A stretch of 64,000 nt of DNA from Massalongia carnosa (taxonomy: Eukaryota). Made by a program: the position numbers and the translations under genes. Of this stretch, positions 48,400-60,496 are shown piece by piece. The notes beneath the pieces are model-generated. The model saw only the letters and a program-made list of their open reading frames with translations, had not been told where the DNA came from and did no database searches. Positions within the stretch are counted from its first letter, which is position 1. Each line of letters begins with the position of its first letter. The stretch spans positions 2,542,001 to 2,606,000 of the forward strand of contig OZ287071.1 of assembly GCA_965645245.1 (NCBI GenBank). Direction: 5' to 3'.

Positions 48400-51300
48400 C
48401 TAAGTAAGTAAATAACCAGGTAACAAGTTAATGGAATCATCCGCATGACCCAGATCAGAGAAGAAGCAACAATACATGGCTTTTTTTTTGAAAAAAAAAC
48501 CCCTCAATTACCAAGCAAAACTACACTAAAGGCGCAAATTTTAGGGGTTCTCGGTATGGATAATTCTATCGAAAAAATGAACGGATGCCGTTGAGAGTCT
48601 TTATGTTATATTTTATAGAATTCCAGTTATTTCCTCTGCCACTGTTATGTTTTCGATACTGGAAACCCCTGTTCCGTTTCTCGTTCCTAATTTCTCTGCT
48701 TTGTCTCTTTCTTTGCCTCTCTACCTACCTAGGTACTTCATCCATATTTAACTGCCTTGCTTAACCTCTTTTACTTCCCCCCATTTTGTCTAATATTCAT
48801 TCATCCATCCATCCAACCATTTTTTTTAGAAAGCCATTTCGGTTGATGAACCGAACCCAGATCCAGATCCCGACCCTGGTCTCGCGGGTGCGTGGCGTTC
48901 CCTCATGGCACCCGCAATAAAGTCCGGAGTCTATAAAGGTAGGCAGATGGGTATATATTTATGTGTGTGCAAGGTACATATCTAGATATTAAACGAAACC
49001 TTCCACCTCCCACCTCCTATCATTCTAGTTAACCCTAGTCCTAGCCCTAGTCCTCGGATCCAACAAAATCCACTCCACCGCTTTCCCTTCCCCGGCTGGT
49101 TGGTTGACTGATAAGTAGGTGGTATCATTCTAATTAGTCTTGTCCAGGTATCCCAGAGTATTAAAGTAACATGATCTCTATGCATTCAGGCTCTCATTTC
49201 GGTTGAATTCTAGACAAGATCTAATCTTTTTTAAAAGTTTATTGAGTTTATTTCTTTCGGTGTGATTCATTTTTCACGTTTTGATCGAGGGGGAAGAGAA
49301 CACGAGGGCCTAGACGGGTGGTTATTTTTTTTAAAAAAAATCGAGTATTTGTATTTATCCCTGTCCCATCTCCTTTTTCTTCTTCTTCTTCTTCTTCGTC
49401 TACATACCGTAATTTCTGCCTCTCCTCTAGTTATTCTCTCCCCCAGCTCCATTCTGTCTCCCCTCCCTCTTCTCTTGTTCGTTTTTACGTCTTTGACTTT
49501 CAAAGCCCTCGTCTAGGAAAAAAAATAAAAACAGAAGAAAAGAAAGTAGAGTAAAACGGAGCAGAAAGACATGGAATGGAATGAGATGAAGAAGACTATG
49601 GACGTTTAAGAAAGCCAAAATAAATAAAAATTCAAAGAAATGGGATTTGAATGAAGAATTCGAAGAAAAGTTAAAATTTAACCTGAATAGGTATTTACTA
49701 TTCCACATTCCCCTTGTTCCCCCTCTTCCTTCTCTTCTCCCCTATTCCCATCCCCCTTTTGCTCAGTCTTCGGGTGTTCATTTTCACTTGAAATACGGTT
49801 TCGATACTGGAGTCCTTGTAAATATAATAAATTTATCAGCCGATCAAGAAAGGAAGTAAGAAAGAAAGAAAGAAGAATAGGTGGCTGATTTATTTTTTCT
49901 TTTCTCTATTTCTTTTTCCGTTTATCTATCTCTGCCATTGTTTCCTTTCTCTCATGTATCCTAATTATCATCCGTTTCCTCATCATAACCTCTCCCGTTC
50001 CCTCATTCTCTCATTTTTTTCGTTCTCTCTTCTGTTCCATCTTACTAGCAAAATAAAAAATCAAACAAACGAGAAACAAACCAAACCAAACCAAACCAAA
50101 CAAACAGCCAGACAATCGATCTTGAAAGGTAGATGGCAGGGTGCCCGGAAGGAGGAGAAAGGGGAGGGGGGAAGGGAGGGTAAGAAACAGATGATTAAAT
50201 GTAGAAGAAGATACTTTATGGGTTTATAAAGAAAATAGTAATGGAGGAGATAACGACGAAGAAAGGGAAAGTAAAAATCGAAAGGAAAGATGAAGGAAGA
50301 ACGAAGAAAAAGGAAGAAAAAAGAAGTGACTACCAGCGAACGAACGAACAATGACGAGAAATACTGAAAATTGAACTTAGAAATGAATGAACGGACGATT
50401 GATAAAAGACAGATACCCGAGTCAATAAATCTTCTCATAATCTCCCGTCCCTTGCCTTTCCTCCCTTCCATTCCGTTCCTTTCTTCTCAATCCTTCTCCC
50501 CCCTTCAAACATCGATATTTCCACTTCCCACTCTCAACCCTTCTTTCACCTCTTCCCTATCCGTTATTCTCAAATGGAGAGTCCCCCCCCCCCCTTCCCT
50601 CCGTCTCTCCTTCCTCTTCTCTTCCCCCCTTCCCATTTCCCCATCCCCTCCTTCACCCCCCTACAGCCCTTGATTTACCGACGATCTACGTGCTCTCCGT
50701 GCTAATATTTTTATATATTTTTTTATTTTCTTCTAATTCTTTCAGTAATTAAAGCGAAGAAGGGGAGAAGGGGATGGTGGGATAGGGAAATCGTTGCTAT
50801 AGGTGTTATATAGGTTCTTTGCTTGCTTGCCTGGGGAGATCCCGGGGAAAGAGGGGAGAAGAGATTAGGGAGGACTTATGTATGGGGTTTGGCGAGAGTT
50901 GTAGAGGAAAGCAAGCAGGCGAGCAATTAACTAACTAGGAACGACGACAACGAAAACGAAAACGCTCCATATTAAAAAGAAAAAGAAAGAAAAATAACAT
51001 CCTCCCACTCCATGATCCCTAGACCAAGATCTTAACTACCTCCCCAAATAGATAGATAGATAAAGAGATTGACGGCGGCGGGCTGAATAGGTAGGTAGAT
51101 AGGTACCTAGATAGATTAATGGGATAGCCAGCCAGCCAAGAATGGTGATTGAAATTAAAGAAAAGAGAAGAGTTAGCAAAGGGGATTAAAGGAATCATAA
51201 GGTTCGCCGGGTTAGTAGTGACGAACTCGCGAGTTAGAGCATGAGGAAGAGTTTAAGAGAAAGCGTTCTCGACAAGAAGTGGAGTCGGAAAAAGAGAAAA

Positions 51301-51500
51301 GTAGAAAGAAAAGGGAGGGGAAAAAAGGGGCGGAGGAATAAACTCCATACGTTGGACCCCCTTAACTAGAGCTACCTTTAAGTAGACTTGGAGGATTCGG
51401 ATTTTGCCAAAAGTTCTTCACAATAACCTACCACACCCGTAGGGACTATTATTATGTAGAAGGGCGAGGATAGATAGGTAACTAGTTAGAAAACATTTAG
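48400..51500. repeat. About 3 kb of low-complexity, gene-free DNA (purine/pyrimidine tracts and TAGG/TAGA/CAAAC/AAG microsatellites)
   Basis: Only spurious F/L/S- or K/R/E-rich ORFs; many short simple repeats. Confidence 0.7.
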
Positions 51501-51649
51501 TTATCAGGTCTTTTTTCGAGGGAGGTTTTTGTTCCCCTGGATGACTCTCTAGACTCTAAATCCTTCAGTACATGCAATATAACTACTCGTGGTAACGCTA
51601 ACGTAATGCTACAATGTGTAGAAAGTAGAAACGCCATGGATGTTGAAGG

Positions 51650-52579
51650 TCATGTGTTATGGATTAAGAAATTGCGGAAACTGTCCCAACGATCCGAGTC
51701 CACATATCTATATTAGTAACATTGTTAGCTTCGTCTCCGACCTCTTCGTCTCAAACCGATCCCCAATGGGCATGCTAGAGAGAGTAAATTCAAAACAGAG
51801 AGCACGTACATATACTTCATGCTACTCCTTAAACTCGGCTGGATGGTTTCCGGATGCCATCGATACGTCCACATGATAATCCCCCAGCTCAAACTTGCAA
51901 AAACCGGCCATGCGTTTCTCGTCACCTGCGCCCTCACAGCCTTGGAAATCCCCCGCTCTTCCTGCACCGTCAACTTCGCCAACGCCAGCATCGCTCGCGC
52001 AAACACGTAGATGACGATTTGCTGGTTCACGCTGCTCTGGATGCCGCGGCCAAAGACGGTGTACCCGCCTACGAGCCCCGCAAGGAAGGTATGCACAGCG
52101 GCTTCCTTGCCGGTCGGGGAGGTGGCGCGAAGGAAGAGCATTGTGCTTTTGTAGAAAATGGCGTATGTGGCGAGGTTGCGGGCGTGTTGGCGTGTGGCTT
52201 TGAAGATGAGGTGGAGCTTCTCACGGAGTCTGATGCAGCAGAACCTCAATTTCAAGAGCGAAGTGGGGAAGCGTAGAAGGGTAGACATACGTGCCGGAGC
52301 GGAAAAGGAAGACCATGCTGTTGACGGAAACCCGGGATGCGTTAATACATGGAGTGGACAACACAATCGTCACGAAGCGTTCGGATCGACTCACACCAGT
52401 GCATGTGGGAATCGGACTTTGGCACCATAAACGGCACCGCTTCGGGCTGCCTTGATAATAGCAAGGTAGTCCGCGAATCGAGGGTCGAGGATAAATGCGT
52501 TGACTGCATCCTAGGGCGCGGCTTCGTAAGTGGTGTTCACTTGCCAAGTAAAGAGTCTTCTAACCTTAATGGCGTTCAT
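51650..52579 (-). CDS. PXMP4: Peroxisomal membrane protein 4 (Tim17/22/23 family), multi-exon
   Basis: ARSGAVYGAKVRFPHALV, ATRQHARNLA, SVNQQIVIYVFAR, and SLRSSMKYIYVDSDRWDSFRNFLIHNT* after splicing. Confidence 0.93.
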
Positions 52580-53283
52580 GATGCCCTTCACTACAGATGA
52601 CAGGAATTGGAGAGTGGACAAGGAGCCTGTAGGGTGCTGGTGACTCGTCAAAGGAGTAATGAAAGTGTTAGAATGTAGCTATCATGTCTTTAGGGAAGCG
52701 TCACATGTATCGTCAACGAGGGAAGACACCGCGATGACCGAGATATATTCTGATGAGCCGATAACCATTGGTAGCCAATATCAGCATATTCAACGTGTAT
52801 GGATGAGAATGAGATGAGAGGGGGCACGAGGGGATCATCAAAAGTCCAAGCTCGGCAGACTCCTCCCATATACAGAATATCCCCCGCCCTAACTAACCTA
52901 ACCTAATCAAGCACCCACGAACATAACCCTAATTGTTGGAATTAACCGGGAAATTGAGCCTTCACCAGTTATTTACAATGATTACCCATAGTCAAATATT
53001 TTCAGCAACTTAGATGAGTTATCGTGCTAGCAAATCAGATAGGAGTAAGATGCCACTGCCTGGAATGCTCTTGTTATCTAGTCAAATTACCTCAGGTACT
53101 CGGTACATCGTGAATCATGACATGATACCTTTCCTCCACAAGATGCGGCTGCAATAAAAACATCCAATCCAATAACATCGGTGAACCCGAAACTCCTCAT
53201 CGGTATATAGCCTAGAGATGACCCAAAAAATCAATGAAGATTGTGGATAGCCATCATCCACATCCATCCCTCCCCACGTTTTC

Positions 53284-55970
53284 CTAATCTTCATCCACCT
53301 GCATAAGATCATTAATGCCAAGTTGATGAGCAAGATCTGTGCCGCGTCCAGACCACGTTGTTGGGGCTATGGTAGCAAGATCCTGAAACATACATTCGTT
53401 GCTTCTGCTACTGGTGCTCGATGTTGGATGGGACCCGTCGAAGAGCGCAAAGTCACATGAGGGTTTTCCAGCGTCGGCAATAAATTCGTCGAAGCCTTCG
53501 TCCGTGGAAGCATCCTGGGCCGAATAAGGCGAATAGAGCATGACATTGCCTTGCGCCCCGGGAGAAAGGGACGGGATCTGGCCTCCTAATGGCTCCTCAA
53601 GCGAGATGGAGGGATTGCGGCTGAAAGCGTCCAGTGGTTTGTTTTCAATGGAGCATGCAGGAGTGAGAAGCTGAATGTTATATGAGGTATACTCCGAGTT
53701 CAGGTTGCTCCAATCAAAGTTTTCGGAGATTATCGGGTCTTGTTCGTATGGTGTCAAGGAGGTTTCGAACGAGGAAGGAATAGTCGGGGGGTTGATCATC
53801 GGCGCTGCGTCCCACGATTGGCGATGCGAGCTAGGCGTATACTCGGACGGCTCGCCCGGGGTGAAGCCGTTGTATGACTCATGCCAAGGAAATTGGCCAT
53901 CCAGAGGACCAAATGTGTCATTCATCCCCAGAAAAGGTGTTTGGGTGGCTGAAATAGGGGTAGACTCCTCGGAGGCTGTAATCGAACCGTCAACAGAATG
54001 GGTGACACTGTAACCATCACAGGCGTTGTATGAGTTGGATGCTTCGCCAAACTCCGGGCTAGATGCATCAAACGTATAAGATCCGGGGGTGGTGATCTGC
54101 GGGGTCGGGGGTGTCTTGACACCCTGTGGTTTTCGGCCTGTCTTTCCATTGTTTTTGGATCGAACATAGGCCCATCCATGAGCTTTTTCCATGTGTTGCT
54201 TGCAATTGCTCTCCCTCTTGCTTTCATAGGGGCAGGGATGGTACTGGCATTTGTACATAGAGGGCGTCATCGAATGCTTGTCGTTGACATGACGATCTCG
54301 TTCCTTTTCTGTAGGCCATCCGTACTGGTGATATTTACAGCTAGGTTCACTGCATTTCCATGGTCTTGAGTGTGTTTTCTCATGCTTGCTAGGAGAAGCT
54401 GTTAGCAAAGGCAGTAAAACCTTAAGGCATGGACAAAACTTACGTCAGATCACAAGGCCGCTTGAAGACTTTTTCACAATCGCTGCACCGCTGAACATCT
54501 TTAACCACAGTCTGGCCAGACTTCCGCCGACGTGCCATGGAGCGCATGATGTCGTCGTTTTCGCATTCTGCACTTTCAGACCTCTGAACTTTGGAACCAG
54601 ATACGCTAGATTCTGCTGGAACTATTGCACCGGTGCGGAGGGAGATTGCCTGACCGTTCCTAACTCTTACAAGTTCAGCAGGTCGTCCAGTCTGGCTCAA
54701 GCCTCCTTCAATCCTTAGTCTCTCATCCCTGGACTTGTTAGCTCCATGAATGTTCAAGATTCGGAAGAGTCGTTTACGCTGTGTAGTCCTCCTCAATCGG
54801 CGCGCTTCCCGCGGCCATCCTTTCCCTAGATGCAGTAATCATCGCTGCGTATTGGCGAACCTGCTCGGTAAGATCAAGAAAGTAACCGTTAGTATAAGGT
54901 CTGTCGGTTGGTCGTCGCTGATCTGGTTCGTTAAGATAGTCGACGGTGGTGTGAATACACTGAATCGACGTCTCGCAGAATTTGATGAACGATGCCCTAG
55001 AAACAGACCATTTCTTTACGCCAGAAACCAAAGCATGAGCCCAACTCCTTTCCCAAATATGATATGATTCACTTACCGGCGCCAGCCAGAGAAGAACCTT
55101 TTCCAAGTCCCGGAGACATGTTATTTCCTTTCGCCCAACGCGATATGGAATTCCAGTAACCAAAGAATGAAAAGCCTTTAAACTACTCTCTCGCACGATC
55201 GGAAGAATGATGTGCTTTTGAATCTGCCTGCAAGCGTATTCGCTCAGAGCATGTTGGTTCCTAGTCTCAGGACCCGCAGCTGAGACAGTGGTTCCGTTAA
55301 TACCAGACCGAATCTCACAAATGTTGGATGGCGTGTTGTCGCCTTCTAGTTTGATTTGAACTGCGCAAAAATAAGCTTTCAAGTTCCAAAACGTAAATAC
55401 AATGACAGGTTATAATATACCTGGAAGATCTTTTGGCAACAACTCTTCCGAGTCGGTGACTGTGGAGCCAATTCCACTGTCGGATGTATGATGCTTGCGC
55501 ACAATATGTTTCTGAGGTGGGGAATGGAATTCGCGATCGGCTGATTGATCAACGTCCATCATGTCTAGATCTCCTACATGGGCATCGATCATGAAGCGTG
55601 GGACAGGCAAGTCATCAGCACGTAGCGTCTCTTGACTGTCGGTGGAAAAATTCTCCAACCCAGACAAACTACGGTCGACCACACCTATAAGCTGGGCAAC
55701 GCGTTTCTCTCCAGCAGCGACAGCATCCTCCAACGCTTTGGGGCAAGTTGGAGACCGTCTGGGCAGCAAGGGTATATTCACAATGGGATCATCTTCTGGA
55801 GACCGGGGTGATATTGGAGAGTGAAAGGTTGAACTCTTCCTTAAAGGCACGCTTGGTGTACTGGAATGATTCTGGCCCACATGATGGTTATCAAGGATAG
55901 GAAAGGAAGTTGGAGCAACGAGGGTGTCTCTCGTTAAGTAGCGACGTCGTGCGTTTTGTGGGGCAGCCAT
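53284..55970 (-). CDS. ACE1: ACE1/SltA-type C2H2 zinc-finger transcription factor (multi-exon)
   Basis: LRKSSTFHSP, SDSGIGST, ITCLRDLEK, RPYTNGYFLDL, IMRSMARRRK. Three fingers: KVFKRPCDLTKHEKTHSRPWKC, GWPTEKERDRHVNDKH, SKRESNCKQHMEKAHGW. Confidence 0.92.
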
Positions 55971-58524
55971 TATCTATAGGCTAGGCTGCTTGATGCGCTT
56001 GATCAACCTTTGCTGCACCAATCTAGAGGGTGTTAGCAGTAATACTATGACTTTCCCCACGCTTTGGTGACTCACCCTTTTCACCGGATCTGACCTGTCA
56101 CAGAAAAGATTGTTTAATGCCCCCTAATCCGATAGGGAACTTGAAGTTTGATCTCTTCTGCAGCTGCGAACTTCATCAGAAATCCAAGAAGGATTGGCTT
56201 CTTCGATCTAATTGGTGATGCAGTGACCTTACCACCTTCGCCGGTGAACGGATGTCAAGGACTAAGTGATTCACTATTGCTTCTTAAAAGAACATATATT
56301 CGAGCCGAGGTTTGTCAATTTGGAAGCGCAGGCAGGGAGGCAGTGCAACAGATGGGGGAAGGCTGTGTACTAAACGACGGAAGAGTAGCAATGCTCAAAT
56401 CACAAAGTCATGAAGGTGTTGCAAGGCAAATTGATGAAACTGATATAGTTGACGAAGGTTCGTTCTAAAAAAGCTGCTGGAAAGAAGATGACGAAGCATA
56501 AAAGGCGAGAAAAGAAAACCTAGGAGGTTTTGCAGAGCTGAGATGATGAGATGATGCCCATGCACTGTACAGCCTTACAGGTTTGGATCAGGCAGCAGTT
56601 GATGGAAAGGCCACGCCAGCCTAGTTATGCCAAGCGCGGTCACCGACCAATGACAGTCACAGCCGCAGATCAGATCCTGGTCATACGCATCGCTTAGTAA
56701 AACATTTCGCTCAACCTTTGAAATAGTACAAGGTACTGAGAGTACTCCGTACGGAGTACAGTACTCTATACCCCAAAATCGAATCATGATTGAAATCATC
56801 AGGCTTGCATGCGGAATACCTAATGACATTAGAGTTCGCTTCAAAGCTTCAGTTCATCGAAAAGTAGAAAGCGAGGACCAGGAGATCTAGGAGCTTTTGA
56901 AATAGGTTGTTAGGTACCCACACCCTTGTCCACATATTGCATTGTTACTCTCTCTTTTCTCAGGTTTGGTATAGAGTACATAGTACATGATTATCCACTA
57001 CTCTTCCATCGCTAACTCGTCCATCGGTGGTCTTAGCGAAGGAAAAGGTTTGATCCTACAGAAAGCCACTTGGCCATAGAGTATTACCCAAGGTACCTGT
57101 AAAAGAACGTATTTCCTGTGTTCTTCCAATCAGAAAGCCATTTCGACAGACAATCTTTGCAGATTCCCCCCCAGCTTCTCTTCTGATCAGCGGGACATCA
57201 GAATTCCGACTTGGCTTAGTATTTGAAAGCCCGTTATCGATCTGATTGGCATGGTTGGCCAATGCATAAACGACTGGGTTGTTCTCGTGAGTCACTCCGT
57301 CCCGAGTCTTCTCTTCCAACCCAATGGGTCTGGAAGGATGCCATCTGCATGCGACCCCTGAAGTTGAAGTTGAGTTAAGTTATGCGTCGAGTTACTTCGA
57401 ACATAACACAGTTATTGGCTTCACTTCAACGACATCACCCCGCAGATGAGCCGTTGACTAATAGGGCTGCACGCTTGTCATGCCCTCCTTAGAAGGCTGA
57501 GACATCCCTTCAAATGGAGACCCACAAGCTCCTGGGAACCAACCAAATACACTGTACACCTAGTTATTCGGCGAAATAATTCCTCTAAAATAATTCCTCT
57601 AGTATGCATTTCCAGCTGAGACATGAAACTTCTTTTGCATTTTATCGAGTAGCTACTCTGTACTCCCATACTCCGTACCGGATTACCTTTGCTGCGCTTC
57701 CTTCAATAAGAGGCCCGCAGCTATCGTCGCTCTATCTTGTTGCTCAGGCCATTGATTAAGAAAACTGCGGTGGAATCTTCCAGCGGATGGACGCCCTCTC
57801 TGGCTCAGCTCGTACAATAGCCCGCATCTACATTGCTTCCGCTTACTTCCCTGGTTTTAGCTGATAACTCATTATGCCGATGACAACATCGACCTCAACT
57901 ATCTCCCATGTGCTATCGATCCCAGCCTACAAAACCAAGTGTTTTACCTTGAATTCTGCGTTGGAAAGTATACTCTAGAACCGCAGAAAATTATCGCTAA
58001 TGGCATGCACGACATATTTAAGGTAGTGCAATCTCTTCCTCAATACTGACGAGATGCGAATCCTAAAACTCTGTTCCAACAAGTCCTAAATTTAGCTGCT
58101 ACTATGACATCAGTACTCGAGATGCATCAGCGAGGGGATGAAAAAAACAAAATGGCATAAATCAGACATGAAGACACATTGTACGAGGCAAATCCAATGG
58201 ATTGTCCCCAGGCGATAAAAATTAACAAGGCAGAACAGAACACATTAGGATAATTCACTTCAAAGGGCATCCAACCCAAAAGAGAGGTAAACAATAATGC
58301 CTACAGTTGGAAACGAGTTCGAACTCCGCAAGAGAAGTTTTCACAGGACCTTCAGCCAATAGTTACTATGCTGTAGTCAGGTACATTGTACCCATCTCGT
58401 CAAGAAGTTAGATGGCTTCGAATCGAGTAATTATGAAAACAATTTAGTCACCCAGAATTGCTCGGTTCACTAAGCTAAAGAAAAAACCGAGCACTTGTGG
58501 GCGACATGGAGTATGTACTTCGTA

Positions 58525-58860
58525 CTCGTATTTACTCCTATTTGAAACACAATAATTAGGGTAAAATAGCCATATTTCCCAATCCTTAAATACTACTCGA
58601 GTTTGCTTTTTGCCGTAGTAAGTTTTAGCGTAATGCCAATGATATTGTATACGAGTACTCTACATAGCTTCCTTGTACTTGAGTGTGTACGTAGCAAAGT
58701 GAAAATAAGGGGTAGATTTTGGTGGGGGTGAAAATTTTGGTGTCCCGGTTTTTTTGTCAGCCGCGTGACTTCGTACTAGTATTCATCCCCCATTTACAAC
58801 ACGCTAAAATTTACTACCGCAAAACGACCCAAATAATTTGTAAATGGGGGTGAATACGAG
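58525..58860. mobile_element. Degenerate TA-flanked MITE (Tc1/mariner-pogo type) with an internal duplicated end
   Basis: TA|CTCGTATTTACTCCTATTT ... AAATGGGGGTGAATACGAG|TA. A second left-end copy lies at 58776, and an internal inverted pair at 58608-58631 / 58801-58824. Confidence 0.6.
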
Positions 58861-59761
58861 TATGTCAGAACTAGTCTGAACGAGCAAACTTCGGATTGAT
58901 AATATGTCCAATGCCTTTAACCCAACACTATACTAAGATAAGATAACAAACTATACAGCCACCAGCGTAGTCGGATGTCAATCTTTTCACCTTTCCACCT
59001 TTTCACCACCAGAACTTCTGCAAAAGCGATTCGTTTTTCATCATTCGTACATCATCTGAACACGCTCAATGAGGTCTATAATCAGGTGGATTATGCATAT
59101 GGGGTGGTGTGCAAGTGCTGATGGAGGTAAAAATGCAGGTGGCGGGCTATTTGACTTTCTCATTGGAGTTAAGCGCTGTGGCAAAATCCGACGGACAGAT
59201 TCTCGAGCGGGACGCCGACGAGTATCTCGGCCATTAATGTTTGTCCGAAATCCGACTCGATGGCTTCCCTTCCAAAAGTGGCTTAGCACGATTAGGTAGC
59301 CACCTCGAGTAAAAATACCTACCTATGGGGACCATGGTCGAAAACAAAAGTTGAAACGATCGTGAGAATCTTGGCACTGGAGAGCTGCGCTTTCCCGCCT
59401 AATTGGTCCTTTGCCATTCATCATCATCGTGGATCAAGGTACCAATGACAGGTTGGGAAGATCAAAGCCCGGAAGTCACTCGGTGTACGGAGTATGTTAG
59501 TCACTTGCTTCCTAGATTCCCTCGATGTTTGTTCTTTGTTTTATGGCGATCCTTTGCTTTAAATACAATGGCCATGTCTTTTGAACCTTGTTCCTTTGTC
59601 CAGCACAACCAATGGCTGAATCACTGCTTTTGATATTTATTTCCTGCTTTTTCAAACCTATATGTTGCAACAAAAGCACTCATGAATTCTCCCACTCCCA
59701 ACCCATAAGTTTTACATCCGCCAATCCAGAAGCTCTGTCAAAATAGCAACTCCGCTCCAAG

Positions 59762-60391
59762 ATGGCGGCGAGGATTGTTCAAGCGCTGGCGCTCTCATTT
59801 CTTTCATTTGCCCTTGCACACCCAGTGCCGATCCAATTCTCCGTATCGGCTGCGCAGATCCTCTTCATCGCGCCAAATTCCTCCACCTGCGAAGGCGCGC
59901 CCTTTCCTAACGAATGCCGCGACGCAAACCAAGCGGCTGCCGCAATCAGCGATTCTTTCTGCGCATACGGCATTACATCTCCTAATGAACAAGCGGCCTT
60001 GATCAGTACTATGGCCTTTGAGACTGGCGACTTCAAATACAATATAAATCATTTCCCCGGCATACCAGGTCAAGGAACACGAAACATGCAATCCCCAAAA
60101 TACATCCTTCAATATGCGCAATCCATACTGGCGCTTTCTAGTTCTCTTCAGGACGTTGAGAACAGTCCGACCGGCGTCCTCGCCTTACTTACAGCGAATG
60201 AAGCGTACGATTTTGGTTCGGCGGCATGGTATCTTACAACAATCTGTACACAGGCCGATCGAATGGCATTGCGAAGCGAAGGGCTTGCAGGATGGCAACG
60301 TTACGTTAGCAGCTGCATAGGCACAACAGCAACGGATGCTCGAGAAGTATATTGGCAAAAAGCAGCCCAGGCATTCCGAGTTTTCATATGA
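59762..60391 (+). CDS. Secreted protein, putative lysozyme/GH19-like fold
   Basis: Signal peptide MAARIVQALALSFLSFALA; IAPNSSTC..EC; EQAALISTMAFETGDFKY; GQGTRNMQ; FGSAAWYL..C; intronless. Confidence 0.75.
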   Translation: MAARIVQALALSFLSFALAHPVPIQFSVSAAQILFIAPNSSTCEGAPFPNECRDANQAAAAISDSFCAYGITSPNEQAALISTMAFETGDFKYNINHFPGIPGQGTRNMQSPKYILQYAQSILALSSSLQDVENSPTGVLALLTANEAYDFGSAAWYLTTICTQADRMALRSEGLAGWQRYVSSCIGTTATDAREVYWQKAAQAFRVFI

Positions 60392-60496
60392 AGAGTACAT
60401 CTGTTTTCAGATTAAATAGTGGCGGGGGATAGCTTACGCATGGAGTGCCCCACGGGGAGGCTAAATTTGGGTTACATATCTAGATTTAGTTGAAAT

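Noticed and set aside
48882..48916. GC-rich hairpin GCGGGTGC...GCACCCGC
   Set aside because: No adjacent CTRR end, partner TIR or RNA-gene context to interpret it.
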